Below are positions 12,701 through 25,364 of a stretch of DNA of 64,000 nucleotides, piece after piece. The stretch spans positions 248,001-312,000 of the forward strand of contig JAPEUD010000010.1 of assembly GCA_026026165.1 (NCBI GenBank), written 5' to 3'. The stretch's first letter is position 1, and the number at the start of each line of letters is the position of its first letter. A model generated the notes under the pieces. The model saw only the letters and a program-made list of their open reading frames with translations. It searched no databases and was not told the origin of the DNA. Origin of the DNA: Sarea resinae (Eukaryota). The translations under genes and the position numbers were made by a program.

Positions 12701-15700
12701 GTTCAGAGACTGAAAGGCTCGAAAGACTGCAGTAGACTCCGTTTCAGTTGTGCGAAGGACAGGCACGTCCCATTGCTCTAATTTCCTCGCCGCCTGCAGC
12801 ATCTGATCCCTTGAGTCGTTGCTTGAATTCCATCCCTGCTCTTTACTGAGAGCCGTAAAAGCAAGGCCATTCATGTCCAAGGCGCCAAGTACCCGAGCGA
12901 TACCGTAAGAATCGGCATTCGAAGTTTTGTCATTGAGTAGCCGCAATTGGCTATCGTAGTGGGCCCCTCGAAACAGCAATCCTTTGAAACCGTCTCTCTC
13001 ATACTCTAAGCGATCCATCACGGAGGCCAGAGTCGGTTGCTGCTCCACACCATAAAATGAGTCCGGGTCGTCGATGCTTTTGAAAATGGACAAAAGTAGA
13101 TTCGTGATATCCGAAGATTTGTTCACTGACGATCTCCGCGACCCACGGCTCATTTTGGATGAATGAATTTCTAAGAATAGAAGAGCCGTCTTGAACATTT
13201 GGCATTTCGCAGCGGCATTCGCTGCTTGTTGGTAGTCCAGGTCCAGCCAATGCTCACGGTCCGCCTTTGAGGACTCTCGAGGAATGGGCTGAGTACGCAA
13301 GTAGATGATCGTGTTGATTAGTAGCCGAACATGTCCGGTAGTAGAGCAGTCACAACCTCGGAACCATTCGTTGAAAGCGTCAGATATACTCTGTCGTACT
13401 GCTTGATGACGATCTGATTCATGGAATAGGGCAAGGTGGAGCACATATGGAAACAGCTTCTCTGCCACGCCGTCGACGGTCGTGAGGATTGGGGGTATGG
13501 AGCCCACAATTGCGCCCTCACTTGCAGTATGCGCCACGGAAACGGCAAGCTGTCGTATCCACGATGATTTTGACGATTTGGGGAGATAAGCGCATTTCTT
13601 GATGTCCAATATTGGCGGTTGGTGGACGTCAAAAGCAGGAGCCTGATAAGGATCCCAATCAAGTGAGCTCGTGAGGGGCCTAGGGATGGCTTGCTGAAAT
13701 TGTGTAACTTCTTCGCGCTCGATCAATCTCGATGCGATAAGCTGGAGTGTCATCTCAGCCACATTTACCTCAGACCTCTCATCACTCGATAGGAGGTCAC
13801 AGAGTAGCAGAAGTATAGATGCCTCCGAGCTTGAAGTGTGAGTGGGCGAATTCGCAACACGCTTCACTATATCTGGGTCCGACTCACGGATCAGATCCCC
13901 GTAGATACGACCACTGGAAGCAAAAGCTCTGCCAAGTACTCGGGCAGCCCATGATAAGTAGGGTTTGCCTGAAACTGCATGCTTGCAAGATCTCCAAACG
14001 GCAACAGCATCAGTAGCGGCATCGGTGTCCGACCCGAGAAAATCATCCCTAAAGGATGTCGACATTCGGAAATCAGCACACAGAAACCTTAGGGCTAGAT
14101 TTCGAGAAGGTCCTTTCAGAAGAGGTTGATCACGCCTTCCATCCTCTAACAGGCTCTTTAAGAGATCACTTTCATGCGTGCCCTTTGTCGGATTCCCTTC
14201 GTTCCGAATATTTCGGGCAGAAGATAGCAATTTTTGGAAGATCGTGCGAGACGCTTCAGTGAAGTTTGGAGAGTCATATTCGTCTAGATAGGACCCAAGC
14301 CAAGAATGGAAGGCTTGTGACTTCGATATAGTCGCTCGATGCTCACTCTCTTGGGTAGTGCTCTCATGCGGGGCGAGGAAGAAGGCCCTTGACGAAGTGA
14401 AGACGGCTAAGGATAATCCCGCAACGAAGTGCGGGACTTGGTACAGGTATGACTTGCTATTCTGCAATAGAAATTGAACGATCCCTATCGCGTCGTCTGC
14501 ACATTGTCTATCCGTGAGGTAAGGCCGTAGGGCATGGAGTAGCATCTCTAAGGGGTAATCCTGCAATGCCGTCTGGCCGGCAAGAGAAACCAGGATACGA
14601 ATTCTTCGTATGACAGAACATGCGTGAAGAGACCCAAGAGCAGGATGAGTAGCATTGAGTAGCTCCCTCACAACAAAAACAAAAAGGGCAGGAGTCCATA
14701 GAAGAAAAATGTCATGGCTGGTTCGACGACATAGATGATTGATCTCATCAATTAGATATTTTGCCTTGAAAGAAGGCTGTTGGTTTGCCGGGAGACCGCT
14801 ATCTGACGAACTGATGTTTTTGATCGTTCTAAGCGCCTTCGCCGAATATTCAAGACCAGTATGCTTTGTGAATGCTCTCTCAATATGATCTTCTTGCTCA
14901 ATAGTCCTAAACAGAAGAGCAATGATTTTGGCAAAATTCGAGTGAAGTAGTACCATGAATTTGTCATTTCCTAGACGCTTCCGAATGCGCACTTCGCCTC
15001 CTGGAACCGAGCCGTTTTCTGGGGGAGGTACGCTGATGTCCCTCCCAAGGGTATAAGCAATAGCTTTGTGAAAAGCATTTTCTATCAGAAGGTCGGGTGA
15101 GACACCAAGATCGCCAGCTAATTTCCCCACTTCTTCATCTTTTCCTCGCATGAGCAGTTGCCCGACCGCTTCGTCCTGGATATCGTTCAACAACTCAAGC
15201 AAGTCATGGTAACCAAAAATCTTGTAAGGTATCGATTGAAGCGTTTGAGTTTCAAGCCAGGTGTAGAGTATCTGCGGAACGAAAAGCACGAAAAGTTTCT
15301 GTGGACTCTCAAGCATCAAAGCGTTTGACACCTGAGTCATGCACCACGTGGCATAGACAGTCGCTTCCGGCACCAAGCCAGGGGTTTCAAAGATATGATA
15401 TACACATCGACGAAGGAGGGTAAACCAGCTCGATGCAAGTCGCGCAAGCACCAACAGTCGCAGAGCAATTCCTTCAAGCCAGTCAATGTCTCTTGGAAGG
15501 CTTTCAAGAACGTCTTCGAAAATGGCTTCATGGCTTTTAAGCACAAAGAGACCAAATATTTCCGATATCCGTTCTGCCACATGAAATTTGACAGATATGT
15601 CACCTTCCTGGAGAACATATAGCAGGCTCGTCCGGGCAGAGGGGAGGTTGAGGCTCCTTGTATACTCCGGTCGGACTTTGAGAATTTTTTGAAGCAAAGA

Positions 15701-18700
15701 CGCAACATCAATGTAAACGCTTGCAGAGGCTATTCCTTTTCCTAGCGCGATTTCTATAAACCAGTGATAAATATCTGAACACGAGTCCCAGAGATCATCA
15801 GTGCTTGGCTCTGTCCACATCTCTGCCAAGCCGGCCATAAAATCAAGGCAAACTCCCAAGGATACCTCGCACCGTTCATGCTCATAGGATTGGAGAATCT
15901 CTTGTCCAAGGTAATCGAAGAGTCGAACAGCATCCGACTTATCCATGCAGATTTCATTTGTGGCAAGATCCTTTAACAGTGGCCGACAGGCAATTAGTTC
16001 ATGCGGCCGAAGGGAGATTAAAGAATCAATCAAGGAAGTAGAAAGATATGTCTGGCCCCCAGCAGTATCGGTAGTAGTCGTCTCACTTGTGATAAAACTA
16101 AGACGTAACACAGTCGAGTAGCGAAAGCACTCAGCATCGGTCTGAGCTGCCACATTTTCGCGAGCAAAATCTAGTGTTTGTCTCTCCGAACTCGTGAGAC
16201 TAACTTCTGAGTCAAAGCCATCATCTATATCTATCAGTCCATTTTCATTAGAAGCCACGTCTTCAGCATGATATCGGCGGCTTTGCAGTGCTTTCAAGAA
16301 GCATAGACCCAAATTTCGAGCGAACTTCGGAGAGGTATCTTCCTTTCCCATGCTGATTGTCGAAGCAAGCTTGGGAAAGAATTGGTTGAGTGCATAGAGC
16401 ATGCCATCTACGACACCTTGCTCGCAGTCCTGATTGGAAGCAGAGTCTGACACAGCCCTTCCAAATTGCTCGCTAGACTCCTTGATTGCAATTGCTTTAT
16501 TGGCGTCTCGAAAGTCTGGCCAAAGACTAATTGCAGATGTAATGATACACAAGGAAGTAGCCACGCGCATCATATCAGCGTTGATGAGTTTCGTACCATC
16601 AGAAGTCAATTCTTTCCACTGTTGTCTTGATTTTTCAAGTTCAGATTGGCAAAAGTCTAATAGGAGCGCATCAGCGATATGATATCGACTTCTTGAAAGG
16701 TGACGTTCAGAAAGAACGGAGTCTCTCTGCGAGGTCTGGGATTGAGCTATGGCATCTTGCCTGTCGGCTAAAAGCAAGTAGTCGGTCAGGTTTTGGGAAT
16801 GTGAGCAAAGAAGCCAGGCTCTGGCTATAGGTCCGGACACATGAACCGATGCTGACTTGAAGTGACACCATTGTCGGTTGGTGCAGGAGGACAAGAGCTC
16901 AAGCACCAACGACGGCTGAACATGTATTGCAAATTGGGATAACAGAGCTCTGTCACTAAAGTTGGCTGGGCTTTTCATTAGTATGTCAGCTTCATGAAGT
17001 CAGTATTAGGCGTACCAGGAGACCATTTGTCAAAAAGCCATTGCAGTATTCTCTCAGCCGTAGTGTTGATAAGGTTCGGACTCTCTCGTGATCTCACATC
17101 GATGATTGCTACAAACAATGATAAGGCAGAGTCAACCAGGGCTACCGGGCCGTTTAGATTGGCAGATGAAATCATGCTGTCCATGTTGTCTGCAATTTCA
17201 TTGTAGTCTGCAAGTCCACATCGGAGGATCACCGTCATCAAATGACAGGCAGCTCTACACACTAGAGGACTAGTTGCAGCTCGAGATGCTAAATGCCATA
17301 TTTCTATCCAATCATGTTTGAGAAGCTCTGAATGAGCATGGAGTTGAAAAGCACAACTAAAGACAACATCAGAGGTTGTATGAAGCATGAGTTGGTTCTC
17401 TACCATTTACCTCGTAAGTCCAAGCAGAGCCCAGGATGCGACTGTGCTGTTTTCTTCCGACACACCTTCAACTAGGTGGCCAAGTAGATCTCTAAGTTCC
17501 GCTTCATCCAACCTGACTTCTTGTAGAAAAAAGGGAATAGTATGCAAGGCACAAAGCCTCCCTGTTGTATCAGCGAACTTAGCTAAGCGCAGCAGATCGC
17601 TGAACCGCTGCGAAGTCCGACGACGTTTGCTAGGCCTATTGAGGTCAGTGTTATCACTAGTGTCCTCGAGAGCTGTACTGTGGTCTAGTAGACAGATTAG
17701 AAACGCGTTAATGTGAAGGACCATCCAGTTCTGCTCAGGTCGCAAGGAGCCGCTCCGGACAGAAAATGCGTTCAAGCAGAGAGGCGATCCTTCCGAATCG
17801 GCGTTTGAGATTGTAAGACTCAAGTCATCTAATTGCAGCTGATCCCTCTCAAGACGCTTCGAATAATCTGATTGGAGAGTCTCGAGTAGGCCCTCTACCT
17901 TGCGTCTAAAATCGTGAGAGTCGTCATTTCGCATCAAGTGAAGTAAGTGCTCTTTTCCATACACCAGAGTGACAACCATCTCATCCTTGAGCGAAGAAGA
18001 TTTCGTACTCCATAAGACTGAGATTAAGGGAACGAGGCTTTCTATGAATTGCTGCGTCAGAGTTATATGCTGTGTCCTTGCTCTTGAAAGCACGGCATTA
18101 ATCGTGCTAAAGGCAGCCTGATGTGAACGGCTAATAGTGGCTGTCGGGTGGAGAAACCTTAACAGTGTATCAAAGATCGCTTGACTTCGGTCGAACTGCG
18201 GTGCATTTGGGGCCAAAGTCAGACGCTGTAGGCAAAGCACTAGTTCTTCAGACACGCTTTTTGGGTGCAGTTTTGAGGCGCCATTACTATCAAGCCGCCT
18301 TGGGGTTGATCTTGAGCGAGTAGAGGGGACGTTAGGAGTTCCGGTATTGCTAAACATAGAGGAAGAGCCCAGACCATTACTTGGATTTGAGCTAGTACTG
18401 GCCGCTTCATCTTCGAGGAGGTCGATCCCTTCGGTACAGAAGTCAACGAGTGAGGTCCACTGTGCCTTGGAGTAATGTTCCACATGTGGCTGATAATCCA
18501 GTACACTCCTCAGAGCCTTGGCATAGTCAAGACTCAGAGGCTCACAGTAGCCTTCGTTAGCCGTGGGCAAGGTCTGGGTAATGTGGTCTCCAAGTGCTTT
18601 GACTGTCTTCGGTTTCAATTTCCTCACGCCCACTTCCACTGCGAGTCGAAGTACTGAAGCGCACGAGGACAGTCGTGAAGCCGATTGGCTTTTGACGCTG

Positions 18701-19080
18701 ACCTTACTTGACCTGACATACACAGATTTCTCGTTCGTGGCAACACGAAATAATGCTTCGTATATCTTGTGGTATCCTTTGTCGTTGAGGGCCTCTCTGC
18801 GAAGTCGGCGTCAGCAGGTAGCTACACATATATGCATTGACACCTACAGTCTCGCACTTCTTCTGTTTTGGGAGAGGATGTGCTTTAGATCTACAGCTTG
18901 TCAACTATCATTTGACGCGAGGACGAGGTGTGACGGCTGTATTTCACTCACCAGCAAGCCCTTCCGTCCGCTCTCTGAGCCTCTCGGAGTGCACCCTCTC
19001 TATTCCGCGTTAGGTGTTATTTCTATTCAGGACTTTGGACCAGTCCTACCTATAGCTTCATTGATGTTCACTTCGGCCAT
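9791..19080 (-). CDS. TEL1: Serine/threonine kinase Tel1/ATM (TAN, FAT, PI3K-like kinase, FATC); about 10 exons
   Basis: Start [10 protein letters not shown] then [16 protein letters not shown] (TAN motif over three small 5' exons). Kinase motifs [51 protein letters not shown] end LAVLYC|GWAAYA* with stop at 9791-9793. All ORF breaks map to GT-AG introns. Confidence 0.95.
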
Positions 19081-19553
19081 GATGATGGGTGCGCAATCTC
19101 TGGAGGCGGGTGGCCTCTTCGCTGTCCTAGTATTTCATGCATTGGCCAGCGGTATAGATCGCAGAGCCCATTCAGTCCTACGGTCGGGACTGATAACTCT
19201 ATGATGGCGTTCTGGCGTCTTCGAAGCTCATTGACCAGGAATAGAACGCCGGAAGCACGAGAGTCGCAAAAGGCCTTGGGCCGGACGACACTGATGGATG
19301 TGCTGCCTACTATTTGGGTTCCAATGCTACTCCGTATTGAGTGAGGCAACACAACTCCAGCTTGAGCACGGGCCACCTCAAGCTCCGCTCCAGCGTGTGA
19401 ATCGTGCGGTTTCCTACTAAAGCCTATCGCGCACTCTGCACGCTGGAGTCAATTCACATCATGTATGGCCCGTGGGTACGCGACAGCCGTCTGCGAAAAC
19501 AGAAACATACCTTTCTACTGAAGGCATAGAACTATGCGCCCAGGTCGGCCGAG

Positions 19554-22500
19554 ATGACCGATAAAGGCAGTCTTGATGGCCTCGAAGGCTTGCACCAAGA
19601 CCTTCAGGCGCTCTTGGAGTCTCGTCTCGCCAACTTGGATAGGCTCTGGACCGCGCTTGAGGAGAAGATCGCGGATTTTAGAAAGTTGCTGGACAAATCG
19701 CCCAAAAATGACAGAAGTCGCCAAGCTCTCTCGTCCGGTGAGACAGCAATCAAAGACCGGCAGATGGACAGTAGCTGATCTCTGGGTGCTCTCGTAGGCA
19801 AGATAAGCATCGACGATGAAGAGTATTCCATCAACGAAGATTTCAAACAAAATACGCTACAGCTTGCGGATGCCCTGGAGCTTGATGAAATTGAAGCTGC
19901 TCGACTATTCCTAGCTGCACAAGATGAGGCGGATGAACTGGATCGGACCCCCCTAATAACCTCGATCATTCGTTTCCATGAGCGAAGGCATTTTCTGCTC
20001 GATTGTCTGCGCTTGGTTTTGAAGCTATCTCTAGAAGTGGATGGCAACGATGGCATCCGCGACACATTCCGAGAAGTTGTCGGGCTGGTGCTGCAAAGCA
20101 AGGACCAACCTGGTCAGACCGGTTCGTCTTACTGGCGGAAATGTCTGACGAGTATGACCGATATAGAGAAATGGCTTCACGCACTGGCGGAACGAGTTCA
20201 GAGTGCTTCAATGCTGGGACAGTCCCAGCCCCCAGAGGTCGCAGAAATTATTGAATATCAGAGGACAAGTCTCATCAGGCAGCATGAATCATTGGGCGCC
20301 ATCCTTTCTTACATTACCAAGGCAAGCTATACGAGCGTTGAAGATTTCAAAGTTCTCCTCTCATCTGTCAGATCGAAGGATAAGTTCGATGTGATATTGA
20401 TCCACTATATTCCTCCAATTGGCTCTTCGATTTTCCAATGTGGATCTCCAGATGGAATTGCTACCAACCAGGAAGCGCGCTCATTGCATCGGATGATTAC
20501 AAATGCCAGAGAGTCTGAGCCATGGCATCTGCGTTATTTCCAAGGCGCCGTCATAGCTTGGTGGCTTGCGGAATACAGTGGATGGTATCTTGACCAGTTT
20601 ATCGGATCGCCTATACAAGGAGTCGATTACGACGGTGAGGCCGAAGCTCGTTCGAAGCAATTGTTCGACTCACTTCATGACGGAGCATTCCAGTTCATGT
20701 TGTCCGTCTGTTCAGATGTCAAATCCACTGATTGGTACGACCCTGCAAGGCTAGGCCTCAAGCAATATCTCATGGGCCAGTCCCCTTCTTTAACATTGGA
20801 GCCGGTGCCGCCTAGTGTTCATTTCCAGCTCCTACTGATGGAACAATTCGAAACATTCGCGGATGCTTTCATAACAAACATGCCCGACACACTCCGAAAA
20901 CTCAAGATCGAGGAAGATGATCAGCGAAAACAGCTCCATGGGCGCTTGCAAGGTGGTTTGCAGGAAATATCCCAGCAAGAAATGCACCTCGAAAGATTCC
21001 TGGTCATAATCTCCTACGCCTTCGAGCACCGTCATGACGCTGCCCAGGCCTTTTGGTCAGATCCGGACAGCAATCTCTTTGGTTTCTTACAATGGGCATC
21101 AAAACGGCAATCGACTCCCCGTGTAAGCGCATTCTGCGAGATGCTTCGCGCTATATCGGAAGGAGAAGACTGCGCAAATGCAGCTCATGAATTTCTTCTC
21201 GAAGAAGGCCCGGTGGCATCAGGACGTTTGCGGAGAACGAGCTCTATAAGTTGGGCCCAGATATTTGGAGAGCTCCAATTCTATGCTTCAAAGATACGGG
21301 ATCGACCAGCCCCTCAGCCCGTTGCGTACCAGGCTGGCAGACCCCATCATGATGAAATCGACGAACCAGAAAGCGCAATGATGCTTGAGTGTTACCTGCG
21401 GTTAAGTACTCATATGTGTACCGAAAGCCAAGTAGCGCGGACTTGGATCCTAACCCATCCAACCTTCCACCTGGCCGAAATATTGTTTCTTCTATGCGGC
21501 AGTTCTATTCCGGGCAGACTCAGAGCCTGTGCTTTCACAACACTTCGAGCACTTGTGGTCCAAAAGACGCCTGCAATTGCGGAAAGCGTTTGGCTTTCTC
21601 TGGATCAATGGGTCTCTGGCGGTTCATCTCCCTCTACTGGTCTCCAAAAGTCCGGCGTGCCCCTGGCCCCTATGTGGGTAGAAGGAGTCATCTTCGAGCA
21701 CATTGCAACTGGATTCGAAGAACCAAATGCCTTCTGTAGTCTGATCCACGCTCTCGTTCTGCCCTATGAGGACGATGACGGCCTCAATGATTGGCTACCC
21801 TTTCCGGAAAATTTAGGTTCGGCCTATCGAATGGCCGGGATCGAGCCATATGTCGATTTTGTTACCGGACGGGTATTCGGCATGAAACTACCTGAGCTTC
21901 AGGACGCAAATCAGATTATGTTACTGAGGTGGAACTGTCTCAATTTTATTGAGACCTGCCTGTCGACATTTAATGAAGACCTGGTCATTTTTGCGAATAA
22001 ATCCAACATATCTGTCGATTCGGCAATGAGAACTTCATCATTAGCGAGCTATGTACGATTGCATCCGTTTGCAAGAGTGATGGAGTGGCTGTTCAACGAG
22101 CAAGTCCTGGCTTCCCTCTTTGCCGCCGCCCATCAGGACGTTGAAGAAGTCAACAAGGCTCTGGGAGACTCTCCGTTGGTTCTCTCACTACTCCGAAGTA
22201 TCCAGGTGATGAACCTGGTAATGAAACTACAGTCTACCTACCTTGACATCGTCCGGCCAATTATCAAGCTTCAATCGACAAATCGGAGAAGCCCCGTCGC
22301 GAACTCCGCGCTGGCTTCGTTCGAGGACAGTGTGTTGAATAACTTGCAACTTGTGGTAGATCTGGGCTTGTACTGTGGTACCGGACATCAGGATCTGACC
22401 ATCGAGTCACTGGCACTTCTTGAGAAGCTATCTGTATCTCGAAAACTCATCGCATCGTCCGTCTCGGGCTTCGGTCAGCGGCTCCAGAGGAACAAAATTA

Positions 22501-24758
22501 TAGGAATTCTCGAACGAGATATGGAATCTGATCGGATTGCGATGTCCCTAGCAGCCGAGATGCAAGTCGATGCTCGGGAAATCGGCCAAGGGCCGGGCTC
22601 GTCAGGCTATGTCATCAAAATGAGCGTCCTCAACTTTCTAAATAGTTGCTTAGCCGCTCTCCCAAACTTGCCTACCGTTGGGCACGTGCTGCTTGGGTTT
22701 TCTTGCAGTGGCAGTGAGCTTGAAGTCAAACCCGACAGTCTTTTTGCGAAAAACCTCTCTCTTTTCCATGCCGTCTTACGTATCATGCTTGAATTCCCCA
22801 CTGGGGAAGAAAACAACTACCAGGCATGGCTGATGCAAATCAAGCGAAGCTGTTTCGAAATTTTTCAGAAGCTCTGGAGGTCTTCCCTCTCCACGATTTA
22901 TACCATGACTGAGCTGAGAGCAAATGAGTTCCTGTTCGCTCAAATGCTTACTCAGTCCATCGTTGACACTAACACCCTGTGGGATGCACGCTCAATCCTT
23001 GATCCTGATTTCCTTTTCACGGACTCCTCGACCTGCTTCGAGGATTTCCTCAAGCAGCGGTTAGCTCTTTTCGATTACCTCGCAACGGAGCTACGCCTTA
23101 TTGCTGAAGAGGGCGCACCGTCTCTCAAGGCTCGAATACTTTCGTCCTTACTAGGAGCCACGTTAACTCGCGATGGAGAGCAGATTCCCAACGCGTCTAT
23201 TTTTGACCTTTTCGACTTTGTAGAGCTTGAAATTGAGGGTATACGTGGTCAGCCAAATCTCAAGTATCTATCCGACGTCGATTTTAGCATTTGTCTTGCA
23301 GAAAAAGCCAATGAGCCATCAGTGTACGATTTAGCAAGCGTTCAAGAATTGCTTGCACTGCGGCAGAACGAGCTTCGGAAATCAAACTTATTTACGAGTG
23401 CTGAGGAGCAGCAATTTCAATCCGAAGCATTGGCACTGCTCTCTTATCTGCATGGGAACAATCAGTACCAACGCCTTCTTCACGTCCGCCTCGGAGCTCT
23501 TCAAGCTTGGGTCCAGTTAATAGTTGTCCTAATGGAGAGCTATGACCTTGATCAAGAGACAAAGACTGCAATCACTCTCCAGACGCTCCAGGTTATACTT
23601 CCAAAACTCGAGAAATATGCATTAGACAACGTCGAAGAGGCAGCTGAATTAGCCGGGTTGGCAAAGGCGCTAGTCTCGAACTTTGACTTTGTGTCTTCCT
23701 GTCTTGAGCGAGGGAGGACCGGAGATGTGGCCAACGATCGACTATTCCAACTTTTCCGTGTAGCACTTCGGGGCATTCACTCACCTATCGCCACGCCCAG
23801 ATTGCGCGAGACGTTCTACAACATCTGCTATCGATACCTGACTGGTATGGCTGACGTATCAAACAGCCACCCCTCTCTCCGAAGATATAGCATTCAAAGC
23901 ATCAAAGAAGCTGGGGAGCGTTTAGTAGATGTTGTTTGTGACGACGCGTATGCCGGCGATTCCACCTGTCGTGTGTCCGCGATACTACTCCTCGACGCCC
24001 TTGTTTCACTCGCTAAGCATGAAGGTTCGGTCTATATTATCGAGTCTCTGACCCGTCTGAACTTTATTGGCATCGTCGTTGATGCTATCAAACACATTTC
24101 TGCAGAGTTCAGGGATGCCGCAGCAGAAGGTAAGCATCCAGTTACCTATAGAACTCATATCTGACTCACCGCAGATGTTCCACTTCTACTATCCTATTAC
24201 AAAGCGAAGCTATCACTATTATTACGGATATCCCAGACGAGAGTTGGGGCCGCAGCTGTCATCAATGCTGGTCTGTTCCAGTCTGTGAGAGAATCCCAGT
24301 TGTTCTCGGTTGACCCTGATTTGGGACTCGGTATGTGCATGGCTTTTCCCGTTCAAAGTTGATTGAGCTGACTTGCTTAGAAATCGACAATCCTGCAGCT
24401 CTGGAAAAGTATTATGAATTGCTGCTGTCCGTGATCCGTGTCATCAATGCAGCCGTCCTCAGCAGAGGCCCACAAAACGAGCAGACCATGCAGCAGGCGA
24501 GGAAGTTCTTGACTGAGAACCGCCCTTCCGTGGTAGCTGTTTTCAAGAGGCATGCGAAGATTGGATCAGGGCAAGCCGAAATCATTTGTGATCTCGAGCA
24601 GTTGGTGGAATCCTTTGTTTTGCTTATCACGATGACGAATTTCCTAGACGTACGTTGTCCTAAACGATCGCATGAAGATGCGGACGCTCAAACTGACCAT
24701 GTCGCAGATTGAAGAGGAGACGAGTCTTCAACGAGCACCGTCCATGGCTTTCACATAG
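19554..24758 (+). CDS. NUP192: Nucleoporin Nup192/Nup205 family; about 5 exons
   Basis: N-terminal FRKLLDKSPKNDRSRQALSSG|KISIDDEEYSINEDF...ADALELDEIEAARL is characteristic of Nup192. Long alpha-helical ORF 20013-24164. Introns at about 19738-19797, 24130-24175, 24331-24380 and 24650-24707; stop TAG 24756-24758. Confidence 0.9.
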
Positions 24759-25364
24759 GTCTCAGGGGATGCAATTCTGGGATGATTGGCTAAAAAGAGG
24801 GCCCGGTAGGCCTACTGTAGCATATCATTAGACACAAAAGCATTCCAGCGTCGTAAGTTATGTAGGAATGAATACCTACTTGAATACAGCCTAGTGTACT
24901 ATAACTACGACCAAAGCCTCTCTCAAGTCAAGGTATCTGTCTTTAGTAACGCGATCCTTGTACTGGGCACGCAGAGCATCTTCCGTGATTGATGTTGAGA
25001 AGCCTCAAGGGCACCTTCATGCGCATCCGCTTATCTCCGATATGTAGAGTATGTATACTTCATTTAATAGGCTCTGGTGGGCCAAGGATGATGGCAGTCC
25101 AAGGTACTCAATACCTAGTCTCCGCAGGCTTTGCCACCACGGCCGGCGATGGTTGACAACGAAATCAAGTAGTCAGTACTGCCATCCCCGAGATATGCAG
25201 TGATCCGCCCGACAGTACCTACTGTACTTACCTACTGTTTAACCTCCATCTCTCACACGTCACCGGCTCGACACCATCACAACTCTCATCCATAGCGTCC
25301 ACGGTCCTTCGCCTCCACGCCTTCACTTGTCCCACGGTGACACGGCGGACGGGCCGACAGATAC